Below are positions 29,431-39,996 of a DNA stretch of 64,000 bases, piece by piece. The stretch is taken from assembly GCA_029855935.1 (NCBI GenBank), contig JAGSHN010000012.1, forward strand, positions 1 to 64,000. The letters are read 5' to 3'. Position numbers and translations under genes: made by a program. Under the pieces are notes generated by a model, which did not search any database, was not told the DNA's origin, and saw only the letters and a program-made list of their open reading frames with translations. This DNA comes from Candidatus Thorarchaeota archaeon (GTDB taxonomy: Archaea; Asgardarchaeota; Thorarchaeia; Thorarchaeales; Thorarchaeaceae). How positions within the stretch are numbered: position 1 is the first letter of the stretch; the number at the start of each line of letters is the position of its first letter.

Positions 29431-32400
29431 GTGTCAGCCGCCAACGTGTCCAAGCGAAAGATGAGCATTACTGCCATCGTTGGCTCAATCATACTGGTGG
29501 CTATGATAGTCTGGGGGACCGTCACTTTCATTCAAGTGCAGGGCGGCAACGCTCGGTCAGAGGTCCCTCATAAGCGGTATTCTGATGTCACGCCATGGCC
29601 ATATGACATTCCTTGGGCTGGAGGCCGCTCGAACTGGTTCAACAACCTCAACTACACCAATCTTCCTCTAGGCCAACAGCTGCCCGAAGACCTGCTGAAT
29701 CATCTCGATGATGTCGTCTTCTATGTGTCACCTGAGGATCCCCCACAGCTGTGGAGATCAGGGTCGTACGACGGATACGATGGTTCCGGATGGAGAAAGA
29801 CCTCACGTACGCAAGTCAACTTCTCATCGTCTGTCATTACTCGAGCCGAGGCTGAGGCCATTGGGAATGAGATATACACGGTCGTCATCAACGTCACAGC
29901 GGGCCCAAGTGTGGGATCCGTAGAGCTGCCCACTTTGTTTCCTTCAATCCTTGTCATCGAGGACTCCTTCACGACCGGCCACATTGAGAATGGCACCTAT
30001 CAGCCCGATGCCGAGTCGCGACTGATTAGCTATGACCTAGAAACGGATGACTACGGGACCCTGCTGTTCAGTCCTCTCATTCAAGCCCCAACCGGGGAGA
30101 ATGTTCTCATCAGCTACGAAGTCACCTACGAGAGCCAAGACCTCCAGTACATTGCCACAAACGCACTGACTGGTGATGCTGCTCCGCCGGACATAGCAAA
30201 TATGTACGGCTCACCTGCTCTCACAGTCGACCTGACGCAACGCGTGATTGACAACATCACTCAGTTCGAGGGTGTGGGTAGCAACGCCTACGAGACCGCA
30301 ATGATAGTGGCAAACTATTTCCAGACCAAGTTCAGTCTTCTGATGAACCAGTCCCAAATCCTTGAGCGTCCGCCAGAGAATCAGGAGGTGACAGACTGGT
30401 TCCTTGAGAGGGGCGGCGGTCTTCCAATGGACTTTGCAACGGCATACTGTGTGTTTATGAGGTATCTGGGCATACCGGCAAGAATGGTCTACGGATATGC
30501 CGTGGGCGATCCTGAGGGCGGTTATCGGACAATCCGTGTTCGGCATATGATGTTCTGGGCGGAGGTATTTGTTCCGCTCAATGACGTGAACGGCGGGCAA
30601 TGGGTTCAGGTCATCCCGCTCCCCCTGCCTCCTGATATGGGCGGCTCAGAGGTTCCTGAGAACACGGAGGCGGGGAACGTGCAGCTCTGGGTGTTCACAG
30701 ACCTCCCACAGGGCTGGGTGGTGATTGGCCACCCGTTCACCCTGAGTGCCATGATGCTCGTCAATGGCATCCCCGTGACACGGGGCGAGCAGATTCTCTT
30801 CCACGACCAGACAGACAGTCATCTCCTTGGCGTCGCGGATATCGTTCAGGGCAAATATCTCCCACTTGCAAACCTGACTTATACATATGATGAGCAGGCC
30901 ACGCCAGGTCCTCACAATATTACTGCAACATTTCAAGGACCGAACTTTGAGGTGTCAAACTACACAATTATCTATGTGGTTGCTCAACCAAACCCCCTCA
31001 CGATGAGTGAGATTCCGGAGCGCTCTGTGTTGGCAAGTACGATTGATGTTGACCTTCAGCTTGGTCTTGACAACTACACCGCTCTGTGGGAGGATACAGT
31101 CCACGTACACGGAGTGATGACAGTCGGAGGGCAACCCGTAGATGGCAGTACGCTCGTGAACAACCAGATTCAGATAATGTGGGATGACGCAATCGTAGGC
31201 AACGCGACAATCCAGTCCGATGGATCCTATCAGTATGACATCTTTGTCGGTCCGACCGATCCTCTGATGTCTGTTGGGACCCACGAGGTCTGGTCTTCGT
31301 ACGCTGGCGAGTATACCCCCCAGGGGATTCCCATTCTACTACCCGCTCGCTCTGAGGACAATTCTACCGTGGATGTCAAGGGACGCATCTCCATATCCCT
31401 GACCGTGACCCCAACTACGGCCTATCGCGGAACGTCGATTCACTATGATGGCACTGCGGAGCTATTGAACGGGACTCCATTGAGACTGGAGTGGATTGGC
31501 ATCTTCTTTGGCGGAACCTACCTGACGTCGGTGCGGAGCAATATCACAGGTGGTTTCTCATACGACTATACAATTCCCAGCGACCACCCTATTGGAGTCT
31601 TTGCTGCACAGGTGAACTGGAGCTCCACCATGGTCGGCATCCTCGGCAACTGGAGCAATTCTGTCGATGTCGACATTCAGGTCAACGGAGCTGATATCAC
31701 CATTACCTCCACCCCCTCAAGTCCGGACCCAGTACACCCGTTCGAGACAATCACAATCTCTGGATACCTGACTGACAAGGTGAACGGCTCGGGTCTTGTA
31801 GGCAAGACGGTCGATATCTGGTGGTATAATGGAACCTCCTACAAGATTGGTTCGGTCACAACGGGAACCGACGGCTATTACGAGTTCAACTATGTGGTCC
31901 CGGGTGGCTACCTTGGATCGGTAAACTACTGGTCTGAGTTCGTGTCCACCACTACGGGTTACGAGGGAGCAACATCCACAACCATGTCCATTCAGGTTGT
32001 CCCTTGGCCCACTGACCTCAGCCTCAGTGTTTCGCCGAGTCCTGCTCATCCCGATGAGGACATCACCATCAATGGCGCGTTGACGGTTCCCGGACAGGGT
32101 GGGAATCCGCTCTCAAACGGAGCCGTTACAATCTGGTGGCAGAACTCGACTGGGAGTTTCAACCTCACAGTGCAGCTGACCAATGCTACGGGCCTCTACT
32201 CGTTTGTGTATCACATTCCGCTCAATCACGAATTTGGCACGGTCTTGGTCTGGGCCGAGTTTGTCTCGCCTTGGCTTGAGTACGAGGACTCCACATCATC
32301 AGTATTCTCGCTCACAGTGACAAACTACACAACCTCATTGTCGATATTCTCCAATCGCAGCTACTACCATCTCAATGAGACAGCCTACATTTGGGGTCGG

Positions 32401-35400
32401 CTGACCTTTGAGAATGGGACGCCCATTGCAGGCCACAATGTTACCCTGTATTGGATCAACAGTACTGGGTCATTCTCTTATCCGCTGGCGACAAACAGCT
32501 CTGGCTGGTTCAACTTCTACTACGCCCTCGACCCCGCGAAGGACAGTGTGGAGAATGTCACAGTCACAGTCGAGTTCATCTCATGGACGCGTCTGCACTC
32601 AGATGCCACCGCATCAATATCCCCCCTTCCTCTACAGCTCTACCAGCTCGACCTCGCAGCCGCTCTCAATGCTTCCCAATACCATCAGGATGAGGCCTTG
32701 TTGCTCACAGGTACGCTGACCTTCCATGAGAATGGTGCAGGAATAGCCGGTGAGACGATATATGTCTACTATCGCAACTCAATGGGTCTGTTCCAGTATC
32801 TCAAGGTCACCAACAGCTCAGGAGGGTTCTCCTTTCAGTACAACTTCACATTGAACGATACGCTTGGCGCAATCTATGTCTGGGCCGAGTACAATAGCAG
32901 TAATCAGCTCTGGGCTGATGCTCAATCGGCCAATCGGACCGCCACAGTCATCCTGTACTCTCTATCTCTGACAACCTTCACCAACTCGACCTCATATCAT
33001 CTCAACGAGACAATCCACGTCTACGGGCAACTGACGTTTCAACACAACGGCACTGCAATTGTGGGGGAGTCCGTTACAATCTGGATGCTTTGGAACAATG
33101 GCACGCAACATAGTTTTGCGGGATATGTGACCAATGCGACAGGATACTACAACTTCTACTACAATTGTTCCGTGACCAAGGACTCTGCGGCGACCATTAC
33201 CATCTGGGCCAAGTACGTACGTACCAACGTGTTATGGGATAATGCCTCATCATTACCTGGCAAGGATGTTGACCTGATACTCTATCCCCTCACTCTGACG
33301 CTGAGCAGTCCAAGCCCCATCTACCTCGACGAACCGCTGGTGTTCACTGGCCAGCTGACGCACCAGGGAGGGAGTCCCCCACTGGCCTCACAGACTGTGA
33401 ACATCTACATCCTGCAGGGATCGGACTGGGTATTGCTCACATCTGCCGTCACGAACAGTACTGGCCATTTCGTGGTCAGCGTGTCCGGTGCACTCACGGC
33501 TGAAGGGACCTACTACTTCAAGGCCAACTACTCGAGTACCAACCCGCTGAATGCTGATGCAGAGACTCCAACAAGCATCACTGTTGACGCCCAGAGGTAT
33601 CCTATCTTCGTAGACATCTGGGTCACACCGACCACCGTCAAGCTCAACGAGTCAGTACTGATTCAGGCGCAGTTGACCTTTGGTAACAACGCGTCTGCGG
33701 TTGTCGGCGAGACTGTGCTCCTGCACTGGTACAACGGCACCGACTATGTGATCCTCTCTGCCGTGACCAATGGAAGCGGATTCGTCACTCTCAACTACTC
33801 CGATTTGGAGGGCCACACGGTCTGGACTGGCATTGAGGTATATGCCACCTTCGCGGGCACGTGGCTCTTGGGAGCCAACAGCTCGGTGCACGTGAGCGTC
33901 ATACTCGAGCAGTGGCTGACACTCATCACTGGTTTCACAACGTATGGTCAGGCATCGTTCTATATCTTGGACTACATCCACATCAATGGGACACTCTACT
34001 ACGACTTGCCGGGGCCAGACAAGCCATTTGCGTACGTAGATGTGACAATCCTGTTGGATGGCAACCCAGTCGGTACCGTGACCACGCTCTGGAATGGCAC
34101 GTTTGACGCATTCTGGAGGATTCCCGATGATGCGTCAGAGGGTTCGCATCAGCTTAGTGTGGCCTTTATGTCGCCGTACTCTTGGATTGCAGACTACGAG
34201 ACCTCCCCCACAACGGTTGTCTTCAACAAGTACGACCTTGTATGGACGTTTGATGCCACTCCTCAGGATCCCGTATATCTGACAGAGATGCTGAGTGTCA
34301 GTGGCACGGTCTATCTCAGCAACGGCACGCCACTCGCCAACGAAGAGGTGACTCTCTACTGGCTGCTCTCAGGCGCAACGACATCAACGATTATTGCGCA
34401 GTTCTCAACAGCTCCTGACGGTTCATTCAGTTATGCGTTTAGTGTTGGCGAGGACACCGCCACGGGCCCAGCACAGATCTGGGCGTACTGTGCTCCCACC
34501 CAACCGTACATCAACTCTGGAGCCAGCACTCATGTGAATCTGAACATTAGTGCAATCCCAGTCGACCTGAATATCGCTCCCTACCCGACACTGTTCTATC
34601 GTGGCGAGCGGTTCCGTGTGACGGGGCATCTCGCGTGGGGCAACGGTACTGGCGATGATATGGTCGGCTACTCCGTGGGACTCTACATCAATGGCGAGCT
34701 GATGGCAGCAAACATGACAGGCTCGGACGGCAGCTTTATTCTTGTCTTTGATTTCAACTGGACCTATCCTGTGGGGGCCGTACCCACGAGGATTGCCTTT
34801 CTGAGGCCCAGTATCGCCTTTGAGGAGACTCAGACAGGTCCTGTTACCGTCGAGATTCACGACAGGATAACAATCACACTTGACTCTCCAACGGTCTCAA
34901 TGATCGTGTTTGGGGAGACCCTCACAATATCTGGTGTTGTGAACAACGCTCATGCCGCTGTTGCTGGAGTTCCTCTGATTGTGCTTATCGATGGCTCTAG
35001 GTCGTCCTTTGCCACAGGAAACAGTCTTCCTAATGGCACATTCTCTCTCTCCCTTGTCGTATCGGACTCTCTTGCGCCGGGTGACCACAACTTCTCTGTC
35101 GCTCCTGACTCGGACTACTACGAGCTTAGCGAAAGCGTGGCGGGCTGGGACATTGCTGTCTACATCGGCAGTGACCTCTCAGTCTACGTGCCATCGGCCG
35201 AATCGGTCACCCGCGGGGAGAACTTTACGGTTCAGATTCGTCTGCTTGACCAGTACGGCCAGAGCGTGGTGGGTATTGTCACCGTCTACTTGAATGACAC
35301 TGCCTTGCAGTCTATTGAGGTGGACTCGACCACTTGGGCATCATTCGAACTGACAGTGCCCACATCTTGGTCAGAGAGCGGATACTACTTTGTGAAGGTA

Positions 35401-36225
35401 GAGTATGCGGGAGACCGTCCGAACTACATCAACGGCTCCTCTGCAGTGGCCAATACTCCCATTCATGTCTTTGCAAACGCCGAGGTGGTTCTCGACTCCC
35501 CATCAGGTGACACGATTGCTGTCGGGACGTCCCTTGTCATCAGTGGCACATTGGTGGACGACTCTGCCTCCGCGTTCCCCGTGGCCGGAAGGACACTCAC
35601 AATAACTGTAAATGGTCAGAGCAGTACTGTCATCACTGATCAAGATGGCAGGTTCTCGGTCGTGGCTGTGGACCGAACCCTTAATGGTACGTACTCGATC
35701 AGAATTACGCTGAGCACGAGCACGGGCACAGACATCACTGTGTCGAGCTTCACAGTCCTAGCTCAGGCAAACACAGGTGGTAATATGCAGCTTGCAGACC
35801 TACTGATTCCGGGGATAGCGCTTGCCGCTGCTGTTGTGGCAGTGCTACTGTATCTGTACTTCGTGCGTGGCTACTTCAGAGGCCGTGCGCCGACTGTTGG
35901 CATCGACATCGCTGGAAAGCTTCGGAATATCAAGCGCTTGGCCGATGCAGGCAAGTATGATGCTGCAGTGTCATTGGCGTACCGTACCTTTGAGCAGATG
36001 TGCGGAATCAAGACTGGTGACGAGCGGAAGAGCTCGGAGACATCCCGCGAGTACTTGGAGCGCGTGGTGAAGTCACTGCCAGTCGACCCCGCCACCGTCG
36101 AACAGTTCGTGGAACTATACGAGGAGGCACGATTCTCGCATCACCAGGTCACCCGCGAGAAGTACGAGGATGCAATCAGAATCTTCACAGACCTGTATCC
36201 GCGCATTGAGATTAGTCCCAAGTAG
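29431..36225 (+). CDS. Giant membrane-anchored protein: transglutaminase-like domain (triad lost), ~16 Ig-like repeats, TM helix, DUF4129-like tail
   Basis: N-terminal hydrophobic helix; LWR...YDGYDG.GW and DFATA...FMRYLGIPARMVYGY, WAEVF; ~105-aa beta-rich repeats; C-terminal TM; SETSREY...LYEEARFS.H. Confidence 0.85.
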   Translation: MSAANVSKRKMSITAIVGSIILVAMIVWGTVTFIQVQGGNARSEVPHKRYSDVTPWPYDIPWAGGRSNWFNNLNYTNLPLGQQLPEDLLNHLDDVVFYVSPEDPPQLWRSGSYDGYDGSGWRKTSRTQVNFSSSVITRAEAEAIGNEIYTVVINVTAGPSVGSVELPTLFPSILVIEDSFTTGHIENGTYQPDAESRLISYDLETDDYGTLLFSPLIQAPTGENVLISYEVTYESQDLQYIATNALTGDAAPPDIANMYGSPALTVDLTQRVIDNITQFEGVGSNAYETAMIVANYFQTKFSLLMNQSQILERPPENQEVTDWFLERGGGLPMDFATAYCVFMRYLGIPARMVYGYAVGDPEGGYRTIRVRHMMFWAEVFVPLNDVNGGQWVQVIPLPLPPDMGGSEVPENTEAGNVQLWVFTDLPQGWVVIGHPFTLSAMMLVNGIPVTRGEQILFHDQTDSHLLGVADIVQGKYLPLANLTYTYDEQATPGPHNITATFQGPNFEVSNYTIIYVVAQPNPLTMSEIPERSVLASTIDVDLQLGLDNYTALWEDTVHVHGVMTVGGQPVDGSTLVNNQIQIMWDDAIVGNATIQSDGSYQYDIFVGPTDPLMSVGTHEVWSSYAGEYTPQGIPILLPARSEDNSTVDVKGRISISLTVTPTTAYRGTSIHYDGTAELLNGTPLRLEWIGIFFGGTYLTSVRSNITGGFSYDYTIPSDHPIGVFAAQVNWSSTMVGILGNWSNSVDVDIQVNGADITITSTPSSPDPVHPFETITISGYLTDKVNGSGLVGKTVDIWWYNGTSYKIGSVTTGTDGYYEFNYVVPGGYLGSVNYWSEFVSTTTGYEGATSTTMSIQVVPWPTDLSLSVSPSPAHPDEDITINGALTVPGQGGNPLSNGAVTIWWQNSTGSFNLTVQLTNATGLYSFVYHIPLNHEFGTVLVWAEFVSPWLEYEDSTSSVFSLTVTNYTTSLSIFSNRSYYHLNETAYIWGRLTFENGTPIAGHNVTLYWINSTGSFSYPLATNSSGWFNFYYALDPAKDSVENVTVTVEFISWTRLHSDATASISPLPLQLYQLDLAAALNASQYHQDEALLLTGTLTFHENGAGIAGETIYVYYRNSMGLFQYLKVTNSSGGFSFQYNFTLNDTLGAIYVWAEYNSSNQLWADAQSANRTATVILYSLSLTTFTNSTSYHLNETIHVYGQLTFQHNGTAIVGESVTIWMLWNNGTQHSFAGYVTNATGYYNFYYNCSVTKDSAATITIWAKYVRTNVLWDNASSLPGKDVDLILYPLTLTLSSPSPIYLDEPLVFTGQLTHQGGSPPLASQTVNIYILQGSDWVLLTSAVTNSTGHFVVSVSGALTAEGTYYFKANYSSTNPLNADAETPTSITVDAQRYPIFVDIWVTPTTVKLNESVLIQAQLTFGNNASAVVGETVLLHWYNGTDYVILSAVTNGSGFVTLNYSDLEGHTVWTGIEVYATFAGTWLLGANSSVHVSVILEQWLTLITGFTTYGQASFYILDYIHINGTLYYDLPGPDKPFAYVDVTILLDGNPVGTVTTLWNGTFDAFWRIPDDASEGSHQLSVAFMSPYSWIADYETSPTTVVFNKYDLVWTFDATPQDPVYLTEMLSVSGTVYLSNGTPLANEEVTLYWLLSGATTSTIIAQFSTAPDGSFSYAFSVGEDTATGPAQIWAYCAPTQPYINSGASTHVNLNISAIPVDLNIAPYPTLFYRGERFRVTGHLAWGNGTGDDMVGYSVGLYINGELMAANMTGSDGSFILVFDFNWTYPVGAVPTRIAFLRPSIAFEETQTGPVTVEIHDRITITLDSPTVSMIVFGETLTISGVVNNAHAAVAGVPLIVLIDGSRSSFATGNSLPNGTFSLSLVVSDSLAPGDHNFSVAPDSDYYELSESVAGWDIAVYIGSDLSVYVPSAESVTRGENFTVQIRLLDQYGQSVVGIVTVYLNDTALQSIEVDSTTWASFELTVPTSWSESGYYFVKVEYAGDRPNYINGSSAVANTPIHVFANAEVVLDSPSGDTIAVGTSLVISGTLVDDSASAFPVAGRTLTITVNGQSSTVITDQDGRFSVVAVDRTLNGTYSIRITLSTSTGTDITVSSFTVLAQANTGGNMQLADLLIPGIALAAAVVAVLLYLYFVRGYFRGRAPTVGIDIAGKLRNIKRLADAGKYDAAVSLAYRTFEQMCGIKTGDERKSSETSREYLERVVKSLPVDPATVEQFVELYEEARFSHHQVTREKYEDAIRIFTDLYPRIEISPK
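30670..35760 (+). repeat. About 16 tandem, diverged Ig-like (Big-type) protein repeats of ~105 aa
   Basis: Recurring pattern E...i.G.Lt..NG.pl.g..V.i.w......TnssG.f.f.y.......g...vwa.f counted by eye; coordinates approximate; visible at protein level only. Confidence 0.8.
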
Positions 36226-36244
36226 AGGCCGGATGTGAGTCGGA

Positions 36245-37633
36245 ATGGTTTGGAAGCAGACCCTCTGGATTGCCCTGTTTATGCTCTCATGGTTCCCAGT
36301 GGGTATGCTCATCTATGCCAGCAGCACGACCACGACCTACACTCAGGACTTCAGCATCTTCAATGAGGACTGGAACGGATACAGTACGTGGCGACAGGAC
36401 ATCAGCGACATGGGATACGAAACCCTAGCAATTCAGTCCTCGATGAGCGTAGTCACCAGATACAACGGCAGTGCAGTCCTTGTGGTTTCCGGCCCAGTCA
36501 TAGGTTTCTCCATAGACGCCGTGTTTGTGATATTCAATCACCTGATGCGTGGTGGGGGTGTGCTCATCGCCGACGACTTCGGGTCTGCAAACAGGTCTTT
36601 TGCACTGCTGAATAACCTCGTTGCAGGGGCTGCGAGCGGCACTGCACCTGTGAAGGTTCAAGGACTACTCGCCTTCACTGGCGGAGTGTTGCTGGACTTG
36701 GACTCCTACGACAAAACGCCCAAGCTGCCCGTCATCACGGATCTTCGGCCTGGGCTGGATGGTGGCGCTCTCACACAGGGAGTCACGAGTCTTCATCTCA
36801 ACTGGGCCACAGCCCTGAGCCCGAAGTCCGCCCTTGGCCTCTCAGGAATAGCGTGGACAACGCGCCGTGCGTGGTGCGACAAGAACATCTCGGATCCCAA
36901 CCCCTATCCCGACCCTGACGAGTGGAACGGCTCACTACCAGTTGCTGGAGCAATCGACCTCAGTCTTGTGCTGAGTCCCCGAGCGGGACGCATTGTTGCA
37001 GTCAGCGATCCGAGCATGTTCACCAATGACATGATCAACCGCGGCGACAACCGCCGCTTCGCCCAGAACATAATCTCGTGGCTCTCCCACGGGGACACGG
37101 ATCAGCCCGTTGTGTTCTGCGAGGACCTGCTGGCGACACCATGGTATGCTCCGGAGTTCTTCTTTGGCGCGTATCTGTCGCGCGTCCTCTGGCTATCTAC
37201 ACTGCCCTACATCTCCGCGGTGTATCCCTTCATCACGGTTGTCGGCATCAAGAAGTATCTCCCGGACATAAAGAAGCCAGAGGTCAAGGCGGTGTCCGAG
37301 GTCTTTGTGAGGCGCGGCCGGACCTACTTCAGTGAACGAATGGCGTACTATCGTACAGAGGGGAACTATGCTCGCGTGGTCAAGATGCTGTATCGGAAGT
37401 TGAAACGGGATCTGAAACGTACACAGGGCTGGGCGGACTACGATGCGCTCAAGGTATGGGACCTGCTGAAGAGCAAGGACCCTCAGATGACGAGGGACGA
37501 CTTTCTCAAGCGGATACAACGGATTGAGGCGATATCATCAAACCCGCGAATGAAGATTCGCGAGAGCGAGATGATGGACCTATTCTTTTTCATGCGTACT
37601 ATTCAAGACAAGCTTGTTGAATCAAAGATGTAG
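36245..37633 (+). CDS. DUF4350-like membrane protein
   Basis: N-terminal TM, FSIFNEDWNGYS, GGGVLIADDFGSAN, GRIVAVSDPSMFTNDM....NRRF, second TM and helical tail; typical MoxR-locus member. Confidence 0.8.
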   Translation: MVWKQTLWIALFMLSWFPVGMLIYASSTTTTYTQDFSIFNEDWNGYSTWRQDISDMGYETLAIQSSMSVVTRYNGSAVLVVSGPVIGFSIDAVFVIFNHLMRGGGVLIADDFGSANRSFALLNNLVAGAASGTAPVKVQGLLAFTGGVLLDLDSYDKTPKLPVITDLRPGLDGGALTQGVTSLHLNWATALSPKSALGLSGIAWTTRRAWCDKNISDPNPYPDPDEWNGSLPVAGAIDLSLVLSPRAGRIVAVSDPSMFTNDMINRGDNRRFAQNIISWLSHGDTDQPVVFCEDLLATPWYAPEFFFGAYLSRVLWLSTLPYISAVYPFITVVGIKKYLPDIKKPEVKAVSEVFVRRGRTYFSERMAYYRTEGNYARVVKMLYRKLKRDLKRTQGWADYDALKVWDLLKSKDPQMTRDDFLKRIQRIEAISSNPRMKIRESEMMDLFFFMRTIQDKLVESKM

Positions 37634-37652
37634 TGATGAGGTGTTGAACGAG

Positions 37653-38639
37653 ATGACAATTGACGAGACCAGCGGACATGGTCACGGGTCGATGGATGTG
37701 ATGACTATAGACGAGGTCCACGACCTCACCCGTGAGATAATCCGTGAGGTACAACGCGTAATAGTCGGGAAGACTGAGATTCTGCGTGACTGCCTCATAG
37801 CAATGCTATCAAATGGTCACGTTGTTCTGGAGGGCGTCCCAGGACTTGCAAAGACCTACATGGCAAGGACTTTTGCATCCATCTTGGGTCTGCAGTTCAA
37901 ACGCATTCAGCTGACAGTAGACACACTCCCTGCGGACATCCTGGGAAGCAACGTGTTCAACCAGAAGAGCGGCGAGTTCTGGTTCAGGAAAGGACCAGTA
38001 TTTGCCAACCTGGTATTGGCCGATGAGATCAATCGCTGTCCTCCGAAGTCCCAGAGCGCGCTGCTCGAGGTCATGGAGGAGCGTCAGGTTTCCATCGAGG
38101 GTGTGACCCGGAAGCTCCCCGAACCGTTCTTGATAATCGCCACGCAGAACCCTGTCGAGCAAGAGGGAACCTATCCTCTTCCGGAGGCACAACTCGACAG
38201 GTTCATGTTCCGACTCATCCTCGACTATCCGACAAAGAACGAGGAGGCTGAGGTGATTCGGAGGAAGCATCAGGGCGAGGTGACCGATCTCAGGGTCCTT
38301 GCGGACGCTGAAACAATCATCCGGATGCAGAACACATGCAAGCTCGTCTACGTGGATGAGGACATAATCAACTATATCCGTGACATAATCGTCCGCACGC
38401 GTAACGACCCTCAGATACTCCTCGGTGGCTCACCACGCGCCTCGCTGGTACTTCTCAGTGCGTCGAAGGCACGAGCGGCGATGCACGGACGAGACTATGT
38501 CATCCCCGAGGATGTGAGGAAGCTCGCCGTACAGGCTCTGAACCACAGACTTCTGCTGAAACCAGAGGCCGAGCTTGAGGGAATGACGGTCGAGCGCGTG
38601 ATTGCCAAGATACTCGGCGAGGTTGACTGTCCTCGCTAG
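37653..38639 (+). CDS. moxR: MoxR-family AAA+ ATPase (MRP type)
   Basis: Walker A GVPGLAKT, Walker B LADEINR, ATQNPVEQEGTYPLPEAQLDRF, SPRAS; GAGGTG before ATG 37653. Confidence 0.96.
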   Translation: MTIDETSGHGHGSMDVMTIDEVHDLTREIIREVQRVIVGKTEILRDCLIAMLSNGHVVLEGVPGLAKTYMARTFASILGLQFKRIQLTVDTLPADILGSNVFNQKSGEFWFRKGPVFANLVLADEINRCPPKSQSALLEVMEERQVSIEGVTRKLPEPFLIIATQNPVEQEGTYPLPEAQLDRFMFRLILDYPTKNEEAEVIRRKHQGEVTDLRVLADAETIIRMQNTCKLVYVDEDIINYIRDIIVRTRNDPQILLGGSPRASLVLLSASKARAAMHGRDYVIPEDVRKLAVQALNHRLLLKPEAELEGMTVERVIAKILGEVDCPR

Positions 38640-38673
38640 GTCGGACGGAATACCTTCCCGGAGAAGATCTGCG

Positions 38674-39996
38674 GTGCTGACCCAGAGAGGCTTTGTCGTG
38701 GTCTTTGGCGGCGTGCTACTACTGAGTAGTGGATTCTCCTACCAGAACTTCTACCTTACCCTGCTAGGTATATATCTCCTCGTCGGTCTCGTCGTCACAC
38801 TCCCTCTGTTTGCCCTGACTGCAAACGTGGCAGGGATTGAGGTAGAACGAACTCTCGACAAGACAAAGGTCTTCTCGGGCGACTTTGTACGTGTGCGTGT
38901 CACAATTCACAACCGTTCTCGTCGTCACTTCGACTTTATCGAGGTATGGGATCAGTACCCAGAGACGTGGATCCTAGCGATTGGTGAGAACTTTATGGCA
39001 TCTCGGATTGAGCCCGGGTCGAGCATCACGTTCTCGTACATTCTTCAGGTGCGGATGCGAGGCAAGTACCATATCGGCCCGACTGAGGTGATAATGCGGG
39101 ATCGTCTTGGTCTCCACTACTACAAGAGGACCCTGAAGGCTCAGACAGAGATACTCGTCTACCCGACGTGGAAAGACGTCCGCAGGATGGAGGCCCTTGG
39201 CAAGCAGCGTCAATTGGGACTTATGTTCGGTGCGCACAGGACAAGAGTGGTCGGTATGGGCACCGACTTTGCTGGTTTCAGAGTCTACGTCCCGGGCGAT
39301 GCGTTCAGACTGATTGACTGGAAGACCACGGCGAAGAGAGGCAAGCTGGTGGTCAAGCAGTTCGAGATGGAGAAAAATATTCAGATAATGTGCATGGTCG
39401 ACACGTCAGGTTCGATGGGTAACGGATATCCGGAGAACACTAAGCTCGAATACGCGATTCGTGCAGCCGTCTTGTTGACATATATGGGTCTGGAGCGCAA
39501 GGATCTGGTCGGCACGTGTGTCTTCTCGGACAAGGTTCACTCCTTCGTCGCACCAGCACTCAGCCCGAGCCACATGTATGATGTTCTTGAGGCGTTGGCT
39601 CTGGCTGAGCCCCGTGGTTGGAGCAACTTTGAGGCCGCCGTCGAGTATGTGACGAAACAGCTAAACAAGCGCACACTGTTCATATTCCTGACTGACCTTG
39701 AGGAGAGTCCCGCCCCACTACTCAATGCAATGAAGAGAGTCATTGCCAATGGCCACAAGGCACAGGTCATCAGTCCCTTCGGACCCTGGTTCGAGGCTCC
39801 TGTTGGTCAGTTTGGGCCCGTCGAACGTGTTCTTGCTGAGGCTGTCCAAGAGGAGCTATGGGAGCGGAGGAGCAAGATCGCTCGCGCCTTGGCACGATTC
39901 GGGATTGATGTTGTCAACGTAGGTCCAGAAGACTTCCTGCCCGTCATCATCAAGCAGTACAACTTGGCCAAACAGAGGGGGGTGGCGCTGTATTGA
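38674..39996 (+). CDS. DUF58/vWA-domain protein with N-terminal TM helices
   Basis: GTDFAGFRVYVPGD.FRLIDWKTTAK, MIDAS DTSGSM, TKLEYA, LTDL; probable GTG start. Confidence 0.92.
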   Translation: MLTQRGFVVVFGGVLLLSSGFSYQNFYLTLLGIYLLVGLVVTLPLFALTANVAGIEVERTLDKTKVFSGDFVRVRVTIHNRSRRHFDFIEVWDQYPETWILAIGENFMASRIEPGSSITFSYILQVRMRGKYHIGPTEVIMRDRLGLHYYKRTLKAQTEILVYPTWKDVRRMEALGKQRQLGLMFGAHRTRVVGMGTDFAGFRVYVPGDAFRLIDWKTTAKRGKLVVKQFEMEKNIQIMCMVDTSGSMGNGYPENTKLEYAIRAAVLLTYMGLERKDLVGTCVFSDKVHSFVAPALSPSHMYDVLEALALAEPRGWSNFEAAVEYVTKQLNKRTLFIFLTDLEESPAPLLNAMKRVIANGHKAQVISPFGPWFEAPVGQFGPVERVLAEAVQEELWERRSKIARALARFGIDVVNVGPEDFLPVIIKQYNLAKQRGVALY

